Assembly (NCBI RefSeq): GCF_009914755.1
Contig: NC_060936.1
Strand: one strand, 5' to 3'
Length of the DNA: 64,000 bases
Origin: the human T2T-CHM13v2.0 reference genome, Homo sapiens
Shown in pieces: positions 12,850 through 32,894 of the stretch (within the stretch, counting starts at the first letter, position 1; each line of letters starts with the position of its first letter). A program made the position numbers and the translations under genes. The notes beneath the pieces are model-generated. The model did not search any database, was not told the origin of the DNA, and was given only the letters and a program-made list of their open reading frames with translations.

Positions 12850-13283
12850 TGTATTAGACCGTTCTGGCATTGCTATAAAAAAATACCATGTAATTTATAA
12901 AGAAAAGAGGCTTAACTGGTTGACAGTTCCACAGGTGGTACAAAGAGCGTAATGCTGGCATCTGCTCAGCTCCTGGGGATGCCTCAGGAAAATTACAATC
13001 ATGGCAGATAATTTGTAAGCTCCCCTAAGAGGGAGCACTTGTCTTACACAGCAGGAGAAGGAGCAACAAAGAGAGTGAGGGAAGAGGTGCTACACACTTT
13101 TAAACAACCAGATCTCATGACAAGTCACTCATTATCAGGAGAACAGCACCAACCGGATGGTGCTAAACTATTAATGAGAATCACCTCCAAGATCCAATTA
13201 CTTCCTACCAGGTTCCACTTCCAACATTCAAGATTAAAATTTGACATGAGATTTGGGTGGGGACATATATCCAATCGATATCA
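12850..13283 (-). mobile_element. MaLR MSTA/MSTB-type solo LTR
   Basis: TGTATTAG...GATATCA termini and MST internal motifs ('aaacaaccagatctcatga', 'catgagatttgggtggggaca'). Confidence 0.87.
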
Positions 13284-14398
13284 CACTCAAAGACACTCTA
13301 GTCTTTAAAAAGTGGATATCATCTAAATAATTATTTAACTATATATATAGTATAGTATATAGTTATATATGTTTCCCATTGATAAAACTGCCATTGTGCT
13401 AGAGATTATATTTTTTAATATGAATACAAGTCAACATAATGTAAAGCAATAGAGGCAATCTTCATCAATTTATAGAACAAACCCTTGAAAGTAAATTTGG
13501 CTACCGAGTTTTTGCACCAGATAATAATGTTAAAAAATGGCTGCTAGACAATAACCAAGAACTCCTGGGCAGATTTACAGATGGAATGTTCCATAATTAA
13601 GTTTTCATGGGCTATATGAAAAGCAAAAGTAGTATTTAATAGAAGAATATTTAGCCATCCTCTGTCCACATTATATACCCAGATTGGCTGGAGTCATTCT
13701 ATTACATTAAGGTGAAACATAATACTGGGGTCAGTTGTTTGCCTCCAGACTTGCCAGGGCAGAATACAGAAGCAGGCTTGAAAGTCAATTTTTGCCTAAG
13801 AGTTAACACCATTCTGTGAAAGGAAGAGTGTGAGAAAAGTGGACATTGACAGAATAACAAAAGCTCTTCTTGCAGAAAAGCTTCATGTCATCAGACTGCA
13901 AAGATTGGCTGAAGGGTAGTCGAACATACGGTAAGGGGCCCACAGACATTTTAGCATTGCCACTCGGGTTTTGGGAAACTGAAGTTGTTTCAAAAAGTAG
14001 ATAAGGTTGTTCAAGGAAAACAAAGCTAACCTACAGTCAACAGTTCATTCATCTTGATTTAATTGACACAATATATACCATTCAGAACAAGTATGAAATG
14101 TCACTTGAAAATTAAACGACAACTAATATGAAATTTCACAAATTATCAGCTGGATAATACTATCACAAACCAATCTGATAATATTAAAGAGAGTAGATAA
14201 CATAATGGTTAAGAGTAAGAGCACTGGAGTCATTCAGATAAAGGTTCCATTTCTGTCTCTCAACTTAATCACCTTGTGATCTCATGCAGTCTCATTATCC
14301 TTCTAAACTTGTGTCCTCTGTTGAATAGAGCCGTATCATAAGGATTTTATGAAGGTAAATGAAATAATGAATGTTAAGCAATCAGTACAATGCCCAGC

Positions 14399-15146
<748 letters not shown>

Positions 15147-15214
15147 CTAACATAATTACTTAAATTTAGCTATTATTATTGAAAAATATGTACTTTACAA
15201 GATGAGAAATCTAT

Positions 15215-19300
<4,086 letters not shown>

Positions 19301-19639
19301 GTCATTACAAATCTATTTTTTAGGTGAAGCAGTTATTTTTATTTTAACTAAATTTATATTATTAAAAGGTAACTATTTGAAAAATATAAAACCATATAAA
19401 GTAAATGTAAACTGTCCTTTTGACTCAAGATCCATGGCCTACCATTTCGGATATAAAGCTTCAATAACAGATTAATGCATATCTTTTCAGAAATGTTTCA
19501 AAAATTTAGAATGCTTTTTCATGCTTTATTGCTTTTAAATTTCATTATATAGATTTGTTTATTTATGTCTTATTGTGTCCATTATTGCTATTTGTGTTTG
19601 GAACCTCTCTTACTAGTTTACACATTTTGAATTTCTATC

Positions 19640-22300
19640 CTTTTTTTTTTTAAATGAAATAACCCTTTATCATTGCGAGATGATTTTCAAAAATAACTTT
19701 GTTTTCTTTTACTATGAATTTCACTTTTGCTGACTTTATTATCATCACTTCAGTTTTCTTATTGTTTACATTTACAAAGTACATATTTTATCTTATTACT
19801 TTTAACCTTTGTAGTCTTTTATGTTTAGTATGTGCTCTTGTACAGAGAATATAGTTGGTTCCCTCTTTGTTTAATGATTATGGCAATCTTTGTCTTTTAA
19901 TTAGAGTGCTTAATCCATTTACCAGTAATATTATTATTGACATGGTTATGTCCGTCATCTTGCTATTTATATTTTGCTTGTCTTGTAAGTTTTGTGTTTG
20001 TTTGTTTTCTATTATCCTATCTTCTTTTTGGTTGCATACATTTTTGTTATTTCCTTTTCTGTTGTTTATTGGCTCTTTTTCACTGTGCCCCTCCCTTCTT
20101 TTGGTAGTTTTTATGACTTACGGTATACATCTTCTATTTATCAGAACAGACTCTCTTGAAATCATTTTTGTTAAAAATTTAAGAAACTTACATTGGTATA
20201 CTTTCATTTTCCTTGCTAAGCCTCTGTGCAATTGTTGTCACACATATGTTTTCTCTATTTTCCCCTTCCTATCCCTCATTTCCTCCCCCTTTCCTTCCTC
20301 TCTCCATCCCTCTCAATATAAAATATATATCCATTTTGTTTCCCTATATACATAGATATGGATGTAGATAGAAATAGAGATATATCTGTATCTCTGTATA
20401 TGTATCTTCAAAATGTATCATCATTTTTATTAATTATATTTTGGAGAAGTTTTATAAATAATTATTGGAAGACTTTTATATTTAATTTTTAATTTTTCTA
20501 TTTTTTTAGAGGCAGAGGTCACACTATGTTGCCCAAGCTGGTCTCGAACTCATGGCCTGAAGTCATCCTCCTGCCTCAGCCTTCTTAATTGCTGGGATAC
20601 AGGCATAACCCATTATGCCGGATGTTTTTTGTATAAACTCCAACTTTTATAATGTATTATTGTATTTTAACCCAGCAAACCTGATTCTGCATTCTTATCA
20701 TGCAGTACTGTTTGTGGTAGGTTTTCTGAGCTTTTGTTCATGAGAAAATACTTTTATTTTGCCTGTTTTTTGTGAACACTATTTGAAGGACACTTATTTC
20801 TGGAGTATAAATTATATTTCAACAATTATATTTTCCCTTTCTTTAGCCTTTAGTGACTTCATTTTATTGTTGCTTTTATTTAAAGTATGAGACCACAGTC
20901 AATATTCTTCCCTATGTAAGTAGAATGTTTTCCCTTCTGCCTGCTTTAAAATTTTCTTTATATTTCAATTATAGCATTTTGACTATGTTATGTACATGGG
21001 GGCTTTTTAAATTTTACTTTGCTCAGTATTTGATGTGATTCTTTCATCACCAGACTAGTGTTTTCTTTCAAATTGCAAAAAGATGTTTTGCCATGAAGTA
21101 ATCAGCCTCATACAATTTCTCTTTCCACCTGGAATCCCAGTGACACATAAATTAGACTGCTTAATATTTTCCACAGGTCCCTGTGGCACGCTTATTTTAT
21201 TTAACACTCTTTTTCTCTACGGATTACTTTCAATGATTTACATTTTTCTATCTTCAATCTGACCAATAATTTCTTATACAATATTCTATCTGTTGTTAAA
21301 CCTAATCCAATGCCTTCTTTTTGGTTTTGAATATTGGAGTTTTCAGTTCTAGAATTTTCATTTAGTTCTTTTTTGTAATAGTTACCATTTTTCTACTGAG
21401 GTTTCTTTTTGTTAATTTACTGTGTTTATATTTTTCTCTAAATACTCATTTATAATAACAAAATAAAATATTGAAACAGCTAATCCTGGTATACCAGTCA
21501 TAGGTATTTGTTTCTAATGATGATACTTTTTTCTTGCTTCTCCATATATCTAGTAAATATTTATTACATATTGTGGATATTATATTGTTCAGTATCTAAT
21601 TAACTGTGCCCCTTTAAAGTATTAAATTTGTTCTGGCAATACTTAATCTACTGATATATAACCTTGATTATTTCCAGTCCTGTTTTTCAGCTTTTTGTTT
21701 TGTTTTGCTTTGTTTTCGTTTTTAGTGTGATTCTAGAGTAAAGTTTATTCTAGGACTATTGCAGCCCAACTACAAAAGCTTTTCTATATTGCATATCTTT
21801 TCTGGACTCTTGATTAAATGATTCGGGTGTTTAGCAAAGCATTTTGTTATATTATACCCAGTGTGTCTTCTAGCACTATGAAACTTTAGATCAAAGCTAC
21901 TCAGTATTTTTTCTAGGCAAAAACTTTCAATATATCATCTTGGGCATGTGCAACTCAGTGCCTGGTAAAAGACACCAAAGCAACATCATGCAAAGTCCTG
22001 GAGCCTTTTGTCTTCATACCTTCCATTGGCAATTACAGCCATTTCACCATTGTTGAACTCTCATTTCTGCCTCCTCAGAACAATGAGAGCACTATGCTTT
22101 TCTTGGGTTCTACCATTCTGCCTTCCACCACAATAAAAAAAAAAAAATTCTTCCAAATAGAAAAGTGATGTAACTGTGAGGTTCACCTCTTGTACTTCTC
22201 ACATCCCTATTCTGTTTGTTATTCAGATTCTAAACACTGTTGCTTCACCTATTTTGTCTGTTCTTATAGTGTTTTATAGTGGTAGAGCTAGCCTGTCATG
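19640..22300 (-). mobile_element. Ancient L1M/L1ME or HAL1-like fragments (ORF1-side region)
   Basis: T-rich antisense L1M-like phrases ('ttttgactatgttatgtac', 'tttcagttctagaattttcatttagttcttt'); very diverged. Confidence 0.5.
20495..20621 (-). mobile_element. FLAM/AluJ left monomer
   Basis: Single antisense monomer 'cactatgttgcccaagctggtctcgaactc...atcctcctgcctcagcc'. Confidence 0.85.
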
Positions 22301-24249
22301 GACATAAGTGGAAATTATATATTTATGTTATATCAAGTTATATTATATATAAATAATTTCCACTCTTTAGAAATTCTTCTTCTCTCTCTTAAATACTGTA
22401 CATATTTAGAACTTTTAATCTAAGACAGGACATAAGAGAAGAAAAAAATTTAAACAATCTCCACAATGGAACAAGTTTGGTTTCTTCTTAACTATTCTAG
22501 TTTTTATTAATATGATTAAATATGAAATCAAAATATAATAACTTAGCATTTCACATGCTTAGGCTAATTCTGATACAGCGACCATGGGTGATATACTGTT
22601 TGTTGATTGTTTTTAGATTTTCAAAGCTCTGAGATATAAGTGTATTCTGTTTTCAACTATCTGCCAAGAGCATAAATAGTTGAGCTTTAAAATGACACCT
22701 GGCTACATCTCTATTTGTCTAAATAAATGTCTGTATGTGACATGTTTATAGCTGTTGGAACACTGCTTTTCTTCACCCTGACAGTTCTGTAGAGATACAG
22801 TATATCGCTATATGGAATTCAAAGCATGTTCAACACTTTGTGCTAAGGCATTGCTGCCTCAAAATGTTTACAATTTGATCCTCTGCTGCATCTATTAAAT
22901 CTACTACAAACATTACATGTTGCACAGGACTTTATATAGCTGAATAAAAGATAAGCATAAAGTTTTCTAAGACTTAAAAGTATTCAAACAAAAATATATT
23001 TGTATCATCTAAGCTAAATGCACTGGCTAAAAGACCTCCACACTGTTTTTGTGAATAAAGCATAACATGCAAATACACTATCCAGGGTTGGGAAATATAA
23101 ATCAATGATTCTATAACAGGTTGTCTCATTTAAAAACAATTTTAAAATATTGAATACACAAACAGACTTAATAGTAGGTAAAAATAAAGGTATCCTTTAG
23201 TCTTCTGAGATGAATGTTTATATATATATAAATATATACTAAATGCACATTTTTTTCCTCTATCTCTTTACTTTGAGAAGATAAAAAGTAACAATGTGGT
23301 CCTCGCAAAGCTTCTCTGGAGACACCTCTTCTAGAAGTAGTGATTTCACCTATTTCTAAGATCTAGCCCAGGATATAATTATTTATTAGACGATTATGCT
23401 GAAGTTTAAACTAGTCTGAAAAAATCTGCCAAAAAAATACCCAAAAAACAAATCATATATCCCTGGTGAAAATATTTTATAATTCCACCCTTATCCCTTA
23501 TGTTTATTATGACTTAATTATAGTAGAAGTTGTCTTACTATCAAATACTTCTAATAATTGAAAAGAAACAGTGGAATCAAATAGGAAACCATGAAAAATC
23601 ATTTGTCTGTATTAAAGATTTGTTTTGACATAAACCATGTAAGTGTACACTTTTTCCTAGTTTATATTTAAAACTTCTTCTTGTGGCAATAGTCTGCTAA
23701 TTAGAGTTCCATGCAGCCTTCTCCCATGTGCAAACAACCATCATGAATATACCATAATCTCCAATTTCTGTTAATTTTAGATGGAAGAAAAATGTAATTC
23801 AGAAAATCCTGAGAGCATATGTCATCTGCACAGTCAATTATTTTTTCAGTAATTTTCATCCTTATGTAATAGTATTAATTTTAGCAACTAAACTTTGGTT
23901 GTCTAAACATTAGACAAAATTTCATAGAAACAAATTCATATTTCATTTGTGCTCATATTTTTTACTGTAAATAATATTCACTAAAATTCAAAAATACCAT
24001 AACAGGAACATGTTGGGCAAACAAATTTGAGATCAAACACATTTAAATCTTAATTGATAAAACAAGTGGAGGGAGTAGAAATGTACATCATCTCCAGGTA
24101 CTAGCCTTCCAGTCACAAATATTCGGCTTCCTATAGATATTAGACACTATATTTTGCTGTAGGAATGAAGGGTGTTGATTCAATGAGAGTCAGTTATGTA
24201 AGGGCCTGTTAAGAGAGCTTAAAGTACCATATTCAATGTTCCTTTTATC

Positions 24250-24360
24250 TTGTAGAATGTTAAGCTTCATAAGAGCAGGGATGTTGACTATTGTGTTCAC
24301 CACCGTGTATCCAGTGTGTAGCATTGTGCTTTGCTTGTAATAAAAATCAATATATATTTA
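24250..24360 (+). mobile_element. L2 3' end
   Basis: 'tagaatgttaagcttcataagagcaggga...tgttcaccaccgtgtatccagtg'. Confidence 0.7.
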
Positions 24361-24429
24361 ATACAGAAAACTCATTTATACAACACACAACATACACACA
24401 AAATGCAAATAGCATACAAGAATATTTAA

Positions 24430-25020
24430 CAATATAGGACATCAAATAATGATTCTGGGAGCTTTCCAACTATCAAATTTTGACAAAAGTTAGAAAACAA
24501 TAATTACTGAAATAGAAATGAGGGAGCAACACATTTGCATATTATTGATGGAAGTGTGAATTGATACACTGATTCTGAAAAACATAATTTTAGACTACTA
24601 TATGTGCTCAAAAGTCTCAAAAATATAAATATACCCCTGATGTCTTTAGAGATGTATGTAAAGATCTGTGTAAGATACTTTTTACAGTTATGCTCATGTC
24701 CATAAAAATTGCAAATTGCCTAAAGATCTAACAGAGGATTTATTAAATAAATCTTATGTATGTAATAAAATATTATAATGAAATATTATGCATATATTTC
24801 AATCATGTATTCACATATTCTTTAATGACATAAAAATGCTTACAAAACATGAGAAACAGAACTCCACATTTATAAAATCACATTGATTATAAGACATACC
24901 CACACATTCACAAAAGAAATACAACAAACCAGAAATAATTATTTATTTTAAGGGTGATAAAGTCTTTGCAAACGTTTATTGTTTCTCTTTATTTTTCTTT
25001 TTTCTATAATAAACATACTG
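24430..25020 (+). mobile_element. Ancient L1ME 3' fragment
   Basis: 'attattgatggaagtgtgaattgatacac' and similar degenerate L1ME motifs. Confidence 0.5.
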
Positions 25021-25521
25021 TGTAGAAATAAGGACAAAATTGTCTTAAAAGGCAATTTTTAATTCTTGTATCCTTTTCTTGTCCTTTAAAATATCACCAG
25101 GAAACTAGCCTTGATTATTATATTTAGTGAGTTGGAGACAGGATGTGACGTTTTATACACATTAAAATGCTAGCCTAGCATGACTTTGGCTTAAATTTGA
25201 GTGTGTCACATGTGATAAAATGTTAGCAGTAAAAAGAACATTAGAGAGGCCCTAATTAAAATTCCATCTTTAGCAGTAAGTGGCCATGCACTATGTCTAC
25301 ATTAAGCTTTCCATCAAAATGTGTTTCAAAATTGGTAGTACTTATACTTGTTTGAGAAAGAGAAATTGCTATACAGACAATAATACAACTAACCAGCCAA
25401 TATTCCTCACACTATTAAGCATGTACGTTTTTAAAACATGGCAGTAAATGAATATTCATTAGGCATGAAACCTTTAAAATTGAATGTTCATGACAGTTTA
25501 TAGTTTCTAAGTGAAAAGTAA

Positions 25522-28720
<3,199 letters not shown>

Positions 28721-28980
28721 GTTATTTTGCTTTACTATTTTTAAAAATTTTAGGTTTTTACTGTTGAGGAAATTGTTTTCCCAAATTCATAGTTAACTCA
28801 TAGATCATAGTCTCCTTTGCATTTGCTTTGAAAACATATAGAAAGTTAATAAAATGTGGACTTACAGGCCCACCCATAACCACTCTGTAGGTTAGCATCC
28901 ATGCTTTCTTTTTTCCTTAAAAAGAGACATCATAGGTCATACTGAAAAGACAATGGAGTTACTAGCTAGAAGGATTCTGA

Positions 28981-29278
<298 letters not shown>

Positions 29279-29559
29279 TCTAACTCACTTTTTAGATAAA
29301 AGCTACGCAGGAGAGCAGCAGCACAATCAGTAATATCCCAATTCAAATTTGCATGACAAATATCACGGAGGGTTTGAGATTTGCAGTAGTCAGCATTGAT
29401 TATACAGACTAATAAAAAAACTGGATCCTTAAAGTGAGATATTGACAAAACAAAATTGAAACACATATTATTAACTTAGTAGGGGGTGACAGATTGCAAG
29501 AGAATAAAGTAGGTTGGTCCCTTGGTGATTAAAATGAAAACACATTTTAAACCATAACC

Positions 29560-29701
29560 TGACAAAATCATTTGTGCATCAAACCCCAATGACATGCAAT
29601 TTACCCATGTAACAAACCTGTATATATCGCCTCTGAAGCTGAAAGTTAAGGAAAGAAAAAAAAAAAAAGAGGAATAAGTTAAAGTAAACAATAACCACAA
29701 G
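29560..29701 (+). mobile_element. Extremely truncated L1PA 3' end with A-rich tail
   Basis: 'caaaccccaatgacatgcaatttacccatgtaacaaacctg' then an A-run; TSD aaaccataacc at 29549-29559 and 29702-29712. Confidence 0.85.
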
Positions 29702-30668
29702 AAACCATAACCCATGGTAACTTGGAAGGCAGACCAAAGCTGACTCAGTTTATAGGTCTAAAAGTGTTTGAAAAATACATTCTTGCGGTATGTTACTATT
29801 ATTGACAGTTTTAGCAGAGTATTACAAGAAAGAGATGAGCTCAGAAAATAATTAGCAGATTTAAAGTGAAGTGAAAGGGAATAAGGAAGCTCGGAAAAAG
29901 GTAAGAGTTGAAATTTAAAATGCTTTGAACAACCAAGACCCAGAGAAATTGGGTCAGCTGAACAGTGTATCATATTTGTGCCAAAGATCAGATAAAGCAC
30001 ATGTTCTGCCCACTCAAGCTTGATGGTCACAAGCTTATCTGACTTTAAGGTGAGATACAAAGAGGCATGACAGCAAGATAGCAAAGAAATGAAACATAGT
30101 TGAGAATAATGTCTGGTGGTTTGAGCTACTTGTACCTGAAACTGACTGGAAGCAAATAGTTTGCCAAGTTCTTAAAAGATTTATATTGCCAAATAGCCAC
30201 AAGTCCGGGTTAAAAAGTATTTGACTCTGCAATCCTAGAAAGAACTCTTGGACATGAGCATGAACATGAGATGGGTTCTGTAAGCTGGACAGCCAAGAAA
30301 TAGATATTTTTAATGTGTAATTTAGATAAAGCATGGAGGATGAGAAGAAATAGCATTCACTAAATTTGGTTTTCTTAACAAGGTAGTTACTCCCAGGGAA
30401 GATCAGGTCTAATTGAGAAGCTTTCTTTTTTTCACCAGGAAGTGGGTCCTCACAATATGTTCTTAGCTGGATTCCATAAATGCCATGGATCAATGACTTC
30501 TGTGTGCCTTCTATTCTCGTGTTTTCCAAATGCGGGTTGTTATTGATATTAGTGTATCTGTATCTGTCATTATGTATATATGAAGGATCCAGGGGCAGAA
30601 TAAATGGATTTTTAACATGCAGATTACAAAGCATGAATATGCTACTACATGTGGACCTAACATAGGTA

Positions 30669-30722
30669 TCAGGTTGGTGCAAAAGTGATGGCAAAACCCC
30701 AATTACTTTTGCACCAACCTAA
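30669..30722. mobile_element. MADE1 (Hsmar1 mariner MITE), internally deleted
   Basis: TIRs 'aggttggtgcaaaagt' / 'acttttgcaccaacct' flanked by TA at 30667-30668 and 30723-30724. Confidence 0.92.
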
Positions 30723-30839
30723 TAACTGCAATTAGCCAAAGATTCCGGAAATAAACTGAATACTGTGAATAGGATTTGGGGGTAAGTGGAAGATATGAAA
30801 AATAGCACTAATGAAATACTGGGTGGCCAAAGGGTAGAC

Positions 30840-31170
30840 TATAACAAAGACACTGCTCTATTTTTATCAAAGCATATCTACCTCCTTTTGGACTCACAGT
30901 TAAAGCTATGATTTCAGGCCCCATTTCAATTAGCTTGGGATCATATGACTAACTTGTGTCCACACAATTTTATGCTTGATTCTCCACATTCACCTCCTTA
31001 AGATAAAGACAGAGACATTTGAGGATTGTAGGAGCCTGTTGTTACTGCTTGGAGGCAAACCACTCAGGAAGGAATTAGCAACAGATGAAGTTTATTAAGC
31101 CACTGAGATTTCTGGATGTTTGGTGGTGGTGGTGGTACAGCAATTAGTGTTAATAACTCTGAATAATATA
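30840..31170 (+). mobile_element. Old MLT1 (I/J/K-like) LTR remnant
   Basis: 'catatgactaacttgtg' and 3' 'taagccactgagattt...tgtttg...tacagca'. Confidence 0.55.
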
Positions 31171-32592
31171 AATACATTTTAGCAAAAATATAATGAAAAA
31201 TTATAATTTTATAATGAACTATTAAAATATTTTTTTAAAATATCATATTTTAGATATATAGATATAACTACTCCTTTAACTTACTAGAAAGAGGTTTAAG
31301 CTTTTCCTATTTCTGTGCAAAGACATCAAAATTCATAATTTTTCAGTCTATTATTTAAAGAATAAGAAGAAAAACCCTACTACTTTTTTTTTTAGTGAAG
31401 AGATCAGGAGAGCTATTCCATTTGGAAAACACTGATTTTCAGCAGGGCCCATTTTCCCCCAAATTCAAGGAACACAAAACAAGTTAATTCAGAAATGTGG
31501 ATATAGATGACTGTCTAGAAATAATTAATGATAACTTCTGAAGAGCTGTCATAGGTAATGTGATGTCTTTAAATTAATAACAGTTTACATCACCCATATT
31601 GCGTTCCACGAAAACTGCTGTTCCATTCTATTTGACCTTAATTGGTATAATTGATAACAGCTACAGCTTGGAGTGTCATTTTAATCATGTTGGTAGAAGT
31701 CTCCTGACAGAAGAAAATAAAATCGCTGTTGTGAGTTATTTATTATTAGTGGGAAAACAGAAAGGTAAAAGAAATGACTGTTTTTTTTTTTTTTAAACCT
31801 GCAACTTTGGGACTTCTAAATTATAACAGGCAATTTACTAATGGGATTAAAGGGCTTGTGCTAATTGCTAAAAAATTAATGAAAACTAGTTCATATGTAA
31901 TTTGACATAATTGAAAAAATGAGAAAATTAGTTGGTTGCAGGTTAGAGATATCAATAAACAATTCAAGACAAAGAGAATATTCTAAAATGTTCTAAACGT
32001 TAGTACGACCCCTGGTGAATAAGATTTCTATAACAGATATGCTGTTTAGCGCTGATTATTTAAAAGTTCAATTTTTAAATTTGAAGTAGAAATTGAAAAT
32101 TATGCTAGTTATAAATGTGACTATTTCTTGCTGATTTGAATGGGTTGTTCAGTGTGTGCATGGAGACAGTGTGTACATGGGGTTAAATGTTGAAAAAAAT
32201 AGATATTGTTAGTTTAATAGTCTTTTTGTGATAAACAGAGTCAATAGTGAGTCTCCTAAGCCCTTTTTCTACCAAATATTGCTGAATTATTATAAGATAA
32301 TGAGCTGGTCTTTCCAAGAAAACATTTTGTCTCTCACCTTTATCACTACTTTTTAGATATTTCTTTCTGTTTTTAAAAAAATAATAGGAAGGCAAAATTC
32401 AACAATAGGAACTCAGGATTTTAATTTTTTTGACAACTGAAAAATGTGTACTCTACCTATTGAAGAAATCTGAATTCTGAGCCATTTCTTATTTCTTGCT
32501 TTGTTCTTGTTTTTTAAATTTGAGTAACATGCATTGTCTCCTTTATGACTTATAACAATTGAGTCATTATGATATGTTTGTAGCTTAGTGTG

Positions 32593-32894
32593 TGATATGG
32601 TTTGGCTCTGTGTACCTATCCAAATCTTATCTTGAATTGTAATCCCCACGTGTCAAGGGAGCACCCAGGTGGAGGTAATTAGATCATGTTCTCATGATAG
32701 TGAGTGAGTTCTCACAAGATCTGATGGTTTTATAAGTGTTTGGAAGTTCCTCCTGCATTCACTCACTCCATCCTCCTGACCTGTGAAGAAGGCATCTGCT
32801 TGTCCTTTGCCTCCTGCCATGATTAAAGGTTTCTTGAAGCCTCCCCAGCAATGCGGAACTGTGAGTCAACTAAACCTCTTTCCTTTATGAATTA
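32593..32894 (+). mobile_element. THE1D-like MaLR LTR, 3'-truncated
   Basis: 'tgatatggtttggctctgtgt...' start and 'gcaatgcggaactgtgagtcaactaaacctctttccttt' end; terminal ~40 bp absent. Confidence 0.88.

Noticed and set aside
19855-20355. 166-aa hydrophobic ORF resembling a membrane protein
   Set aside because: T-rich antisense old L1 plus a CT-rich tract give F/L/I-rich stop-poor frames.
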